Shown here: piece after piece, positions 45,601 through 58,890 of the stretch
How the letters are laid out: each line of letters opens with the position of its first letter
Position numbering within the stretch: the first letter of the stretch is position 1
Origin: Gracilinanus agilis
Lineage: Eukaryota
Assembly: GCF_016433145.1 (NCBI RefSeq)
Contig: NC_058134.1
Location: forward strand, 1,513,459 to 1,577,458
DNA: 64,000 bases
Reading direction: 5' to 3'
The notes under the pieces: model-generated
Databases searched by the model: none
What the model was told of the DNA's origin: nothing
The model's input: only the letters and a program-made list of their open reading frames with translations
Program-made: the position numbers and the translations under genes

Positions 45601-48600
45601 CTGGGTAGCTCAGTGGATGGAGAGTCAGGCTTAGAGACAGGAGGTCCTAGGTTCCGATCCGGCCTCAGACACTTCCCAGCTGTGTGACGCTGGGCAAGTC
45701 ACTTGACCCCCATTGCCCACCCTTACCACTACTTCCACCTAGGAGCCAATACACAGAAGTTAAGGGTTTAAAAGAAAAAAGAAAAAGAAAAAAAAGATGA
45801 GACTTTCCATGGAATCCTAATTCAGCATTCACCCTTGGGAAAGAGGGGCAGTGTATCCCAGAACTCAGAAGCAGTGAGTCCTGGGTGACTGGTCCCTGAA
45901 GGCAGTGCTTGGGCACAGGAAAGGGGGGGAGTGTTACCCCAGTGAAGCAGAAGGTCCATTGCAGAAAGGAATTTTCTTTTCAAGCAGCTCCCCCACCCCT
46001 CCTGGCTCCCTTGGTCAGACCCCTGGCCCTTGTGCCCACTTACCCAAAGGACCCCCAAGCCCTCAGGATGCCTGATCCTTGCCCACAGACAGTGGCTGAT
46101 GGTGTTGTCCTCTAATGACAGGGCTGCCCAGGGAGCCAAGCTGTAATAAAGGGAAGCCTGGCTGGGACTCAGCCTCAGAGGGTTGTACAAAGCTATTCAT
46201 TATGTACTTGGAAGAGGCCAGGTGGCTCCCCCAAGGGTGGCATGGGCACCTCTGTGCCAGAAAATTTCCATGTGGGGGAGTCAGGGCAGGGGCTTAAGGC
46301 CTGCAGCTGGGCCTCCTGAGCAGGTCTGAGGTCAGCCGCCAAAGACTTCCCTCTTCCTGGCCTGTTACCCCAACCTTTGTCAGCACCCTCCTGGGGAGAA
46401 GGCAGGCTGGCACCTAGCAGAGGACGCCCCCTGCCAGTGGTACTCGCTCTTTTCTAGGCATGGCAGAGGGCAGCAGCAGGCATAACTGGAGCGGGGCTTC
46501 TGAGAAGCCGAGCGAGGGCCAGAGTCTGAGCGAAGAGAGAATCCTGGCCTTGCAGCTCTGTGGCTGGATCAACAAGGGGACCAGCGTGGATGTGGGCCCC
46601 TTCCTGAATTCCCTTGTGCAAGAGGGAGAATGGGAGCGCGCTGCCGCCGTGGCCTTGTTCAACCTGGACATCCGACGAGCCATCCAGATCTTGAACGAAG
46701 GTGCCTCTTCTGAGAAAGGTACCGAGTTGGAGCCTGCCGGTGGGAGGGGTGGCTTCTCAGGCCATCTGGAGGGTCAGGTCTTAGATCTGATGGTGGGTGG
46801 CCCCAGGGGGTTGGGGGTGGCTTCTTGTGCCATTTGGACCCAGTGTCCTTCATAAGTCAGCCTGGACTGTAGAAGGGGCTCTTTTTCTCAAAGCTTGTGC
46901 TCGAGCCCCATCTAATCATCTTTTTTTTTCCTCCCCTAAGTTCAAACAGAGGAGGTGTTCCTCTGAGGGACTTTGGGGACTGCTTACAGTCTTTCCCCCC
47001 AACCTTAAACTCAGACTTGGGCACTGGTTGGGCCCAAAAAAATGTTCCCTTCCCTTAGAGTTAATCTTCCTCTTCCCCATCCCAGCTGGGCAGAGACTCC
47101 AGGTTGTTTTCTGTGGTGTCTAGCCAGGTTCTAGGGTCAGAGGTGACCAGTGGCTTGGCTGGCCTTCCCTTTCCTTTGTATCCCAGGCCAGGCTTGGCTC
47201 TGAGGAGTATGGTGGTCAGGGCGAAGCCAGTTCATGCTGACAGATGAGGGCATTTCCACTTGGGGCATGTGGAAATTGAGTATGAAAAGGGCACAGATAG
47301 AGAAAAGGCAGAAGGGAGCCACAGGGAGAAAGGAGATCAGAGCTGGGAGGTCAGACTGAAAAAGTCATCAAGTGCCCGAGAGGGTCTTGAAGGCCACACG
47401 GCCTCCTGAGGATGCTCCTAGAGATGGCCTGAGGGACGATCCCTAGATCAGTCAGTAACTGCCAGCTTAATTTGAGAAAGCTTTTGTTAGCTAGCAAGCT
47501 ACCATCATGCCAATAGAGAGCCAAAGGCAGGTGGAATTGGTGGGGGCAGGGATGCCAGCTCACCCCCAGGGCCTCACAGAGGATGCTCACAAAATGGTTT
47601 TTCAGTGATTGGTAGCCCCTTAGCAAAGACACAAGCTCGGTGGTGAGGTTGGCACCATTCCTCACCCTGGAAGGCGCTTTCCCTGGTCCTTGCCATACCT
47701 CCTCCTTCTAGGGTATTTATTGGGGGGATCCTCTGTGCTAAAGCCAAGGGACCTGCTCACTCTGACCGGGCTGCTTCTGCTGTGCAGGCGACTTGAACCT
47801 CAACGTTGTGGCCATGGCACTGTCAGGGTACACAGATGAGAAGAACTCCCTTTGGAGGGAGATGTGCAGCACCCTACGGCTACAGCTTAGTGACCCCTAC
47901 CTCTGCGTCATGTTTGCCTTCCTGACGAGTGAACCTGGCTCTTATGACGGTGTCTTGGTAAGCTTGCTTCTGCTCCTCTCCAGCCTCCTCGTTTTGGGAA
48001 GATGAGCCTAATTGGCCATTTTTGAGGATGATGCCAGCCTGGAGCTAGCATTCTGTAGCTCTAATCGACTCCTTTTTTAAAATCCTTGCCTTCTGTCTTG
48101 GAATCAGTACTGGGTATAGGTTCCAAAGCAGAGGAGCAGTAAGGGCTAGGCAGTGGGGCTGAAGTGACTTATTCAAGGTCAGATTTGATTCCAGGACCTC
48201 CCATCTCCAGGCCTGGCACTCTCTTCCCAGACCCCCCCCCCCCACCTTGCTGACCCCCAGTAGACTTATTTTTTTCTCCACGGTTACATGATTCATGTTG
48301 TCTTCCTCTCCTTTTCCCTCCACAGAGGGAATTGACAAAAGGTTATATGTGTATTGTCACTCAGGAACTATTTCCATATTATTCATTTTTGTAACAATGA
48401 TCTCATAAAATCAAAACTCTAATCCTATCCTCATCAAACCACGTGATTGATCCTATGTTTTTCTTCTGCGTTTCCGCTCCCACAGTTCTTTCTCTGGAGG
48501 TGGATAGTTTTTTCTCCTAAGTCCCTCGGGATCATCCTGGGTCATTGCATTGCTAATAGTAGCAAAGTCATTTACATTTGACTGAGCTACAATGTATCTG

Positions 48601-51600
48601 TCTCTGTGTACAATGTTCTCCTGGTGCTGCTCCTTTCACTCTGCATCAGTTCATGGAGGTCTTTCCAGTTCACATGGGATTCCTCCAGTTCATTATTCCT
48701 TTCAGCTCAATAGTATTCCATCCCCATCAGATACCACAATGTGTTCAGACATTCCCCAATTGAGGGGATACTCCCTCATTTTCCAGTTTTTTTGCCACCA
48801 TAAAGAGCATGGCTATAAATATTTTTGTACAAACAGGTCCTTTCCTATTTTCTTAAATCTCTTTGGGGTTTCCCAGCAGACTCTTGGGCAGTGCCACAGC
48901 TCTTGGAGTGGTGGGTCTCAAGCCCCAGACTGAACTTGTGTCCCATTAATGACCTGCTCTATGGGCCGTCTCTCATAGCTCATTTCCATCTAGTTTATTG
49001 CTGGGCTGTGGATTGTCACTGTGTGAGGCCACAGAATACCTGGCCTCGTGGCAGGACTCCGTGAGCAGGCCTGACCCCAGCCTGAGCCCTGCTGGTGCCT
49101 AGGCCAGGCTCACCTCTAAGGAGTGGCTCACTTTTCTTTTCTTTTTAGTACGAGAATAAGGTGGCCGTGCGAGACAGGGTGGCATTTGCCTGCAAGTTCC
49201 TCAGCGATGCTCAGGTGAGCCAGGGTGGAGGCTCTGTGGCTCGTCCGTGGCCCAGGGGTGAGGGGGTGGCTCTGTGTCAGGGCCCTTGGCAAGGAGTTCT
49301 CCTAAATACAGAGCTGTCTTGGATGGAGCCAGACATTGCCAGTGGGCGACGCTGCCAAATGCATCTGATTGAAACAGAAGTCCTTGGTGCCCTAGGCAGT
49401 GCCTGTCTGACCTTGGGCCGGGCCTTCTCGGGCCTCGTGCTTCTCGGGCCCAGGACCCTGCTTGGGCTCTACCCCAGGGAGCCATTCTCCTGAGGGAGCC
49501 TCAGCCTGCTCTTCTGGAAAGTGGATCTGCTAGAGCAGATGGCTTCACATTCTCCACCTGCTTGTCAGAGGCTCTCGTATGGCCTTGGCAGACTCTCCTT
49601 TGAATCAATAGGCTTTTGCCTCGCTCGTGTGTCAGGGATGCCACGAAAGGGCTTGGTTGTCGTGGCTAACCTCCTCTCTTGGTATGTGCATCGAGTGTGG
49701 AGACTCACTCTCCTGCTGAACCAAGGAAGCTGCTTTAAGGCCTCATCTTGGCCAGCTCTGAAGGCTCTTCTGGGGGCTCAGGCCGGCTTTGGCCTCCTCT
49801 CCTGACCACTGGCTGGAGTGGGTTGGGGTTAAGCGGGAACTGTCCGGAGCCTTCTCAGAAGGGAATGGATGGGAACTGACCTCTGACCTCTCCAGTTGAA
49901 TAGATACATTGAGAAGCTGACCAACGAAATGAAGGAGGCGGGCAACCTGGAGGGCATCCTGCTGACGGGCCTGACCAAGGACGGGGTGGACTTGATGGAG
50001 AGCTACGTCGACAGAACGGGGGACGTGCAGACGGCAAGCTATTGCATGCTCCAGGTCAGTGTGCCGAGGCCGGGGGCTCCCCAGGTTACAGCGGCCGGGA
50101 GAAGCCCCAGACGCTGACGCCCGCATTTCCCTGGCCAGGGCTCTCCCTCGGACGTCCTTAAAGACGAGCGGGTGCAGTATTGGATTGAGAACTACAGGAA
50201 TCTGCTGGACGCGTGGCGCTTCTGGCACAAGCGCGCAGAATTCGACATTCACCGCAGCAAGCTGGACCCCAGCTCCAAGCCCCTGGCACAGGTAAACGGC
50301 ACCACTCGGGCATCATCCCTTTTAAGCCGCCTAATGCTGGAGCCGGCAGCGAAGGGGAAACGTTTTACAGCAGAAGCAGCTTGTCCGGCCGCGCTCGTTC
50401 CTTTTCCCAGCTCGCTGGTGCCCGAGGCTGTTGCTCACAGGACGCCTACCTACCCGCTTGGGATGGGGTGAGCTAAAGGAAATGGCTTGAATCCTCCTGC
50501 CGGCTTGGTGCTCACGGTGAGCTTGTCTTTCCTTGGCCTGCCGCAGGGCCGGGGTTTGGGGCTTTCTGGGGCCCAGAACCACTTCGGATTTGGGCCTGAA
50601 AGTTCCGAAGGAGACAGTCCATCATGCGGCGGTTTGCACACGCTCTGAGCCCCGTCGTGGTGCCCCACTCGGTTAGGAGGGTTGTTGGAGGGTGCGCACA
50701 GGGGTTCTGTTATCTGCCTTTCCGAGACGGTGCGAGGCCCCCTCCCTACGTGGGGGAAGAGCCAGCCTTCGGCCACCTGGCGTCTGCAGCCCGCCTCTGA
50801 GGCTTGAGTGGGCCTGGGGCAGCGGCGGCAGGGCGAGAGCGGGGGGAGTTTCCTCACTGGCCTTCCCTGGACCAGGGACGTCACGAGTCCGCTCTCTCTC
50901 CCGCCCTGCTTTGGTCTTTAGCAGCCATTTTATTTTGTTCTTTAAAACAGGGCCTTGTCTTTCTTGAACTTTTACGATGAATTTTATTTCCATCTTCTGT
51001 GTCTTCTCTGACCCTGGTCATTCCACGACCTGCGGAGTGAGCGGTGCCAGCATGCTGACGGAGCCTTTGGCCGTGTCCGATCACGCGTGCTTGCGGCCTC
51101 CCATCACCCTCCCCAAGGCTGGTGCAGCTGTCTGGCCTCGTGCCCTTCGCTTTGGGGCCGGGGCCGCTCTGGACTTGTGGGCTTCCTTGGCTCCAGGCCT
51201 CCGCTGGGCTTCCAGCTGCCCAGCCTGGGCGCCTCTCTTCTGGGCACGATGTAGGGCGCCCTCTCCTCCCCGCTCGTCCCTCGGGGTCGCTTGGGCTGGG
51301 GTGCAGGGTGTGTCCGAGCGTCCGTGTCGCTGGATCGGCACGAGCTCGTTCTGAAATGCTCTGGAGCGAAAGCCGGCTCGCGGGCTGCCTCGCCGCTGGG
51401 GCCTCCCCTCCTTCCCGTCCGTCAGTGCTGCCTTCGCTTGCAGGTCTTCGTCAGCTGCAACTTCTGCGGCAAGTCCATCTCGTACAGCTGCTCGGCCGTC
51501 CCCCACCAGGGCCGGGGCTTCAGCCAGTACGGCGTCAGCGGCTCCCCGACCAAGTCCAAAGTGACCAGCTGCCCCGGCTGCCGGAAGCCGCTGCCGCGCT

Positions 51601-52658
51601 GTGCCCTCTGCCTCATCAACATGGGGACGCCCGTCTCGAGCTGCCCAGGTAGGCCGGCCCGGCGAGGGGGGCTTCAGGGGCTGCCCTGGGGCGTCTCCGT
51701 CCCTTGTCTCTGTCTGTCTCTGTGCCCCGGCTGTGGCAGCAGCTCGTGGGGAGGCCCAGCCTCCGTCCCTGCCCTCAGCAGCGCAGCTGGCAGGCGCTTA
51801 GACATCGCGCGTGCGCTGCTGACGGCTGGCCCTCCCCACCGCTCCATCCTGGCCTGTAACGCGCCTTCCTTTGCCCAGGAGGGTCCAGGCCGGACGAGAA
51901 GGCGGACCTCAGCAAGGACAAGAAGCTCGCCCAGTTCAACAACTGGTTCACCTGGTGCCACAACTGCAGGCACGGCGGCCACGCCGGCCACATGCTCAGC
52001 TGGTTCAGGTAAGCTCCGCCGGGCAGGGCTCCTGCTGGGGCCGAAGAGGGATCCAGATCGGGGCTCCGTCCTAGCCCAACCTGGTCAGAAAAGTCTGCTT
52101 TTCACCCCACAGCCTTGCTGTGTTCCCCACTGAGCCAATGCTGCCTGCTTGGGCAGGATGCCAAGATGCGGGCCAGGTAGAGAATGGCTCCCTTGGCCCG
52201 GGCGGCATGGTGGAGGTCCAGCCCCGGAGATGGAGGGTCCTGGGTTCAGATTCAGCCTTGGACGCTGACTGGCCCTTCCCACTCTGCTGCTCAGGCCCCC
52301 CTCTAAAACAGAGGAGAGTCTCTAAGCTGCCTCCCTGCCCCGCCTCCCATCCATCCTTGGCATCTTCCTGAGTGCCTCGAGGCAGTGTCTGCTGCAAAAA
52401 CCTTTCTGGAAAATCTTTAGCGATTTGGAAAGAAAAGTTGCCCATTGGGCAGTTCAGAAGCTTCTGCTGGGGGGAGGAGGGGACTCTTTTCTCCCCGATT
52501 CCAGAGACTTCCTCGTGTTGGGGAGATGCTGGCTCCTAACGCCGAGCCTTTCCCTCTTTAGGGACCACGCAGAGTGCCCCGTGTCTGCATGTTCCTGTAA
52601 GTGCATGCAGTTGGACACGACCGGGAACCTCGTTCCGGCAGAGACCGTGCAGCCCTAG
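42700..52658 (+). CDS. MIOS: GATOR2 complex subunit MIOS, 880 aa. Coding exons: 42700-44002, 44252-44350, 46458-46718, 47788-47957, 49149-49214, 49896-50054, 50139-50291, 51444-51648, 51879-52008, 52562-52658
   Basis: Starts [28 protein letters not shown] (WD40) and ends in the zinc finger/RING region ...CALCLINMG...[13 protein letters not shown]...[27 protein letters not shown]. The exons sum to 2643 nt in frame. All introns are GT-AG except the first, which is AT-AC. Confidence 0.98.
44003..44251 (+). other. MIOS: U12-type (minor spliceosome) AT-AC intron in MIOS
   Basis: The 5' end ATATCCTTT is the U12 donor consensus and the 3' end is ...caatAC. Splicing here joins T|TC to give Phe and restores the frame (YTLYFMKQYTED). 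Confidence 0.92.
45595..45791 (+). mobile_element. Young SINE1_Mdo-like element with A-rich tail and 10-bp TSD
   Basis: gggcagctgggtagctcagtgg...ccaatacacagaagttaagggtttaaaagaaaa. The TSD AAAAGATGAG is at 45585-45594 and 45792-45801. Confidence 0.93.
48060..48232 (-). mobile_element. Marsupial SINE remnant
   Basis: gggctaggcagtggggctgaagtgactt...agatttgattccaggacctccc. Confidence 0.8.
48300..48870 (-). mobile_element. LINE-1 3' end (marsupial L1)
   Basis: ctgctcctttcactctgcatcagttcatggaggtctttccag...ataccacaat...cattccccaattgagggg is characteristic of antisense L1 3' sequence. Confidence 0.85.
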
Positions 52659-53552
52659 GCCGTAGGTTTCGGGGTGCTGCTTCCTAGCAGGGCTCCACAG
52701 AGCCGAGTCACCCCCAAACACACACCCCACTTGGAGGCCCATCCCTCAGCACTTTTCCTCGAGGCCACCAGACATCACCCTGATGACCTCATGCCGTTCC
52801 ATTTGGGTAGAACCATCGTGGTGGGCGAGCGGGAAATTCCTCATCAATAGTGTAATCCAGCCCCCACGATCCCAAGAGGCTGGATCCATCTTCAAATGGG
52901 GCCTCTGAACTTCTGGAGGGTCTCCTCCCTCTCCCCTTCTCCAGTCCCCTTCCTAACCCCCCCCCCCCAAAGAGGAGTGATTCATACAACAGGATGGGGT
53001 TTCCTGTCCCAAGGCCCGTCTTCCTGCCATCCACTTCCATGGTTCCATTTGGGGACCTGTTAGATGGGCCCTCAGTGTGCCAGAGGAGGAGAGTCCCTTC
53101 CCTGTGTGGCCCAGTTCTGTTCCAAAATGCCCCTCTAATCCCTGGGCCTGCCCCCCGGCCCCTCCAAGGGCCACCCAGCCAATTCTCAGTGCAGACCCAG
53201 GAAGAGAACACGCATGGACCCTGGGCCTTGACCCCCAAGCAGCCAAAACATCTGGGGGGCAAGGGCCCTGGGCGTCCTCTGGGCAAGCCCCTCTGGAGCA
53301 GTGGGAGCACAGGTCAACCCGGCATCCTGAGCCCCGGAGCAAAGCTTTGTGCTGCCCAGCTGGGTCATTCTGGTCACCCCGGGGCAAATGCTCTTCAGGC
53401 AATCACAGTAGGTGAGCTGGATTCAGAAACCAAGCTGTGACCAGAAGGGGCTTGGGGCAGCCTCAAGGAAGTGGCTCTGTGACAATCTGACTTTAAAAGC
53501 AAAATTGTAATTATTGTGGATATTTATAATTTTTGTACAGGGCTGTTTTGTT

Positions 53553-53558
53553 AATAAA
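53553..53558 (+). terminator. MIOS polyadenylation signal (AATAAA)
   Basis: It closes an AU-rich 3'UTR end (tatttataatttttgtacag...ttaataaag), about 0.9 kb after the stop codon. Confidence 0.75.
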
Positions 53559-56500
53559 GAGGATGTTCACATTGTGTTAGGAGGGACATTTTCCTTTTCC
53601 TACCTATCGCTTCCAGAGATTGTTTCTGGGCCTCCAGGGCAGGGCTTCGCACGGGCATCTGCAGCAACGTGGCCCCGAAGGGGTCAGCGCCGGCCCCAGT
53701 ATTTACAGCAGGGGACAAGGAGGTGGAGAATTCTCTGGCAGATTCAGGGAAGAGGCTCCGAATGAAATCTGCCTGGACTTGGTGAGAGCGGAGGGCCAGG
53801 GGATGGAAGAGCTGGCTCAGCAGCAACGGGCCAAGCGGAGAAGGCCCATATCTAGGCACGAACATTCCCATCAAGAAGAGGCCAAGGGCCTGGACCCGGC
53901 ACTAGCAAGCTTCCGAAAACAGGAAATTGGCTCTATTTTGACAGAAAGGGGGGAAACGGCTCATTCCCGAGGAAGCCCTCTAAATCGGCGGCATCCCATC
54001 ATGCCACCCCCTCCCAGCATAAAAGGAAAAATGAAGAGAAAGCAAGAAAGAACAAAAACTAGCCAAAGGCTGCGCGACTTCAGACAATGCCAGCCTGACC
54101 TCAAGAGGTGGAGGAGACCCACATGCATAACGCTGCACGCTTCGGGCACCCACGAGAGCCAGAGAGCCTCCAAACTAGGAACACATTGACTCACTAAGTG
54201 GGCAGAGGTGGCACATTTGCTGGAGAATTGAAGGGGCAGTCGAGAGAGGCATGTGGTGGGCAAGGGCCGCCTACAGCCCGGTGCCAACACAATGAGCGCC
54301 CGGGGCAGTCCCCAGGAGTTTGCCAGGGAATCTCAGCTACTCTTGGGGTAGACCCGGGCCTGAGGCTGCCTGGGCTGGTTGAGTGGCCGGGGGAGGCCCT
54401 ACCCCATTTGGAGATGAAAAGTAAATCCTGCTGTTCTTGCGTAAACAAGGAGCTGCCAGGCATTTATTACAGGATTAAATGGGGCAATGGCCCGTTTTTA
54501 CCTTGAAGCAAAAACAAGTCTTCGATGTTGGGCTTGGAGCTTGCAAGCCTGGCTCATTTCCCACCCTGGTCCCAGTGCAGGTGGGTGTGAGAAACCGTGC
54601 CAGGGGGCTCTCAGGAAGGGTGGTTGGCACCTTGAAGGGTGCCCGGGGTTGGGAGGCTGGTGGGCCTTCGCTAAGGCTGGGATCTGAGCCTCCTCGGAAA
54701 GTCCCCTGGTGCTGGCCCCACCTCGCACCAAGCGAGCCTCACTGGGGGAGCGGGGGAGGGTAGTCTATTCTCTGGTAGCTGCTCTTGCCTGGAGAATATG
54801 GTGTGATTTGAATTCCCTTTCCTCCCACTTGGCCCCCGTGGGATGATTTCTCTCGGCTTCTTTCTCACCTGTCAGATTTCCCACCTCTAAAGTCTCTGTC
54901 ACAAAGCTGCTCATCTCTGTCTGTCTGTCCATCTGTCCGTCTCTCCCTCCCCACTTTGGGGAGACTCTCCCAAGTAGATGGATTCAACTTAATCTGCTCC
55001 TCGTGTTTTTAAGGTTGCGTGGAAGGCTGCTTCGGGGATGCCTTCGCTCCAATTCTCGCATTCATTTTCCCTGGCATCATTTTGTGATTTCTGGCATTCA
55101 GTCTTTGCAGTCTTTTCTCAAGGCTGGGCTCGAGCGGTCAGCCGCTCTGGGATGTTGGGGCAGCCGGTGCTTCAGAGGCCCGAGCCCTCAAGGGGAGGCT
55201 CGCCCCGTCCCAGGTCACTGGGAATGTGCCTGGGCGGTTGGGCTTTGGCATTAAAATGTGCAGAATGGTGGCTCATGCCGCAGCCTGGCACCTCAAGCCC
55301 GGGAGCATCACTGAACTGGGGCTTTCGGATTTTGTCCTCGTGCAAACCTGCCAGCGGTCGTGGGACCTCCGGCCGACAAGCCGCTTCGCCCAGGGCTGAC
55401 GGGGGTCCTTTGGTCGGTGGCAGTTAGTGCTCCTGTAGCCGTCAGGAGGGACCTCTCGCTGAACATAGTCTGCCAAGGCCCCCCTCGGCTGGCCTCGTCC
55501 TTCCTGATCCAGGCTCATTCGCTTGGCCCAGCCTGGCCTTCTGCTCCTCCACGGGGCTTTGGGGATGAGAGCCAGCAGCTAGCAAGGAAGGGAGGCTCCT
55601 GGGACCACCACTGAGGTTCTACTCCCGATGCCAATTCAACCAACCAACCCATGAGCACGCACTTGGGAAGCACCTACTGTGTGTCTGGCCCTGGGTCTGA
55701 GGACAAAGAACAAAACCATCCCTCCCTGCCAGGGTCGATGACAAGAGCAATCCGAGCGTAGACGGAAATGGCACAGGTCAGGAAGAGGCTTACTGGCAGG
55801 GGGAAACGGAAACCTTCATGTGCCTCAGTTTCCTCCACTGTAAGACCTGCCAAGGTCCCAAGGAACAATGAGATGGTGCCCAGAAGGCATCCAGTGGGCA
55901 CTGGGTACAGGTTGGCTCTTGCAGGTGTCAGTGTGAAGAGTGAATAAATGTTAAGGGGTTAAAACTGGGGTGGGGGCAGCCCAGCATAGAGGATCAGGAA
56001 AAGCTTGTCTTGGGGGAGGTGAGGAAGCACCCTGGGGGGGCAGAGGTGGGTGCCCTGACCAGGGCCCGGGACAAAGAGCCAGTCAAAGCCCATCAGGCAT
56101 GAGATCATGGGGAGGCATGACCAGCAGTCCTGGCCCAGGAGGCGCTGCCGGTCTAGTCAGCAGTGAGGTCCACTCAGGGAGGCCACCTCAACCTCACTCT
56201 CTGCATGGGTTTCTGACCGTGAACAGCACATAAGGAGGAAACGGCACTCTCCTGACCCCCTTGCACTCTGGTCCAGTCCAGCCCCTTGGTTCCCTCCCCA
56301 GAGTCAAGCCGCAGGCTTCACACTGGGCTGGCTGGCACCCTTTGCCTTCCAGTCTGGGACTTGCTTCCAAGGACGCCCCCCCCCCCCCAATCTGACGCAT
56401 GAGGAAGCAGGCTTAGAGATGAAGTGACTTGCCCAAGGTCACACAGGCAGTCGGAGGTAGGACTGGGATCTGAACTCAGGGTGGCCCCTGCTCTCTGGGA

Positions 56501-57211
56501 AGGTTAAAGATGGCAGATGCCAGGTGGAGCACTTCTCGGGCAGCGTCTACACCAATGTGGCAAGTGGCCCTGGGGCGGGGGAGCCACCAGACTGAACTGG
56601 CCCTGGCCAAGAGGGAGACCCAGATACCCCCCAAAAGCACCAACAGAACACACAGGATGTTGGGAACCGGCTCCGATGCCAGCTGCCACCCCGCTCGGGC
56701 TGCTGGGAGGGAGGGGAGCCTCTGGGGACGGTAAGGGTGCTGGCTCCTCCGAGCCAGGCCCAGGCTGGGCAGTCAGCAAAGGCCAGCTGAGGGCCAGCTC
56801 CAGACATCCCAGTTTCCCCTCACAGACACGACACACTTTGTTAGCTGGTGTCTGCTGAAGAATTGGCACCTTGGGGGGAATGGGCTGATGGGAATGTGGC
56901 GGGAAGCCTCTCTTTCTGGCCCCTGGATTCTTCAAGTGGGATAGATGCCCCCTGGCAGGGACAAGCCCCCTCCTGGCTTGCTTTTGGGGGGCCATGCAGG
57001 GAGCACTGCTGATCTTGGGATAGCTGGTCCTCCGAAGAGGCCGGGGGACCTCAGTAAATGCTGGGCAGTGACTGGTGAGCCTGAGAAAATGACCCATGAG
57101 GGACTGGTGGCCTGAGGCTTTGGGACCCTTTGGGCCAGAAGGAGCCAAGAAGAGGCGGAGGGAGGATTCCACAGTGACCCAATCACCGCAAAGAGCAAAT
57201 TATTGTTCTCT

Positions 57212-57223
57212 TTTATTAATAAA
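57212..57223. terminator. RPA3 polyA signal inside a palindromic TTTATTAATAAA (AATAAA on both strands)
   Basis: The minus-strand AATAAA at 57217-57212 is about 150 nt past the RPA3 stop codon. The plus-strand AATAAA is at 57218-57223. Confidence 0.75.
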
Positions 57224-57364
57224 GAATTGTTTGCCCAGGCCAAAGAACCCAAAGCTGACCTCACGAGACACAGACAAGACAGACGGACAGACAGATGGAT
57301 ATCGGTGCTCCGGAAGTGCCCAGCTCCCGGTGGAGGCCCCGTTAGTCAGATGGAGGCAGGGGGG

Positions 57365-58890
57365 TCAGTCCTGCTGTGTGGCCCCGAATGGGTAAAACTG
57401 TGGGAACTCGTGGATGATCTTGAGCGCGTCATTGTAGAGCCTGAGGTCTAAGAGAAGGCCCCTCCTTGGTCATTCCTCTGCCAGTGCTACCCACCCAGTG
57501 ACCACAGGCCGGGGGAGGATCGGCCTTTTGCCCCCTCCCCTTTGTACCTCAGTGGGAGAAGCGGACGAGGACAGAAAAGGTCAGAGCCGCCAAGGGCTGG
57601 CAGAGGAGGGAGCTTTTGCTTCAACGGAAATCTTTAACCAGAGGGAGGACCACAAGTGTGCCAGCAAAAGGGCGGCGCAGAAAATGCCTCAAGGCAGTCC
57701 TGGCCCAAGATGGCACCAGTCAGGGCACCTGGACGGACTGTTGGTCAGGACACCAAGACCCAAGAGTTACTCCACAATGCATGGTGCCCTCTGAGCCAGC
57801 TGGGCACTGCCAGGCTGCTCCACAGACAGAGAATGGTCCCTTGAGGGCACGGCCCCCATGCCTTGACCCTGCCTGAAGCACCAGTGTGAAGCCATGTGAA
57901 GCCAGCGGTTCAGGCACCCAGGCTCAGAGGGGACAAAGAATGGCCTGGCACTTTGCAGGGAGCCTGGAAACTCCTGTCATATAAGGAAAAGGCCAGGAAG
58001 AGGCCCTCAAAAAGGAAAAGGAGTCAGCCACTGGGGCATGTGTTCAGGATGGTGGCAGGTGAGCCCCGGGTGGGGGAGCCCCAGAAGCACAGTCAGCAGG
58101 GCCTTGAGGGGCCGGACACTCACCAAAGCTGTGGTTGTGGTCTCTGAACGGGACGTAGGACGCACACAAGATGGTGGCTTTGGCCGTCACTCTGCCCACC
58201 ACCTCCAGGACCCCGGAGATCTCCTCTTCCAGCTGCCAAGGGAAACCAGGCTCTGCCAGACCCTAGATGCCTCCCACCCAGGGTGGCTACGGGCCCAGCA
58301 GGGACCACCCAAGGGACCTTTGGCATCTGCATCAATGGCCTCTGGGGCCCAGGGTGACCCTTGGTGGGCATCTCTGCCAATGGCCCCTGGGCCTCCGTGC
58401 CATTTTGCTGGGCATCCGTGCCAATGCTGCTGGGGCCTTGGGTGACCCTCGCTGGGTATCTACTACCCTGCCCCGGGCCCTGTCAGCTCGCCCTATGCCG
58501 GGCAGAGGCCTGCCTGGAAGAGACCTCAGGGTCTGGGTGCTCCCCGCCCCCCCCCCCCCCCCCCCCGCGGCGCGCACTCACGGGCTGGGCCAGCTCCACG
58601 GTGACCTGCGCGCCTTCTCCGTCTGTCAGGGTGAACGACCTCCCGGTGGGGTGGATCTGAGCCGGGGCGGGAGTAGGGTCAGTTCCCGCCATTTCAGCCC
58701 AGCACACCCCACCTCCTCTGTCCGAGCCCTCGCTGCCCCTCTCCTTCTCAGCAGGGGCCCCTCCCTCCCCTCCCCCAGGACCCCTTCCCACCTTCTCCAG
58801 CCGCCCCACGAAGCACACGGGCCGGTCGATGAAGCTCGCCACATGAGCGGCGCCGATGCGGGTTCGGGGTAACTCCAGCACCTCAGCCAT
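57365..58890 (-). CDS. RPA3: Replication protein A 14 kDa subunit, 121 aa. Coding exons: 58890-58792, 58656-58582, 58232-58124, 57447-57365
   Basis: [33 protein letters not shown]|[25 protein letters not shown]|[36 protein letters not shown]|[27 protein letters not shown]. Exon lengths 99+75+109+83 = 366 nt, all introns GT-AG. Confidence 0.98.

Noticed and set aside
53620-54189. 189-aa plus-strand ORF downstream of the MIOS polyA signal
   Set aside because: No recognisable homology, splice context or codon pattern.
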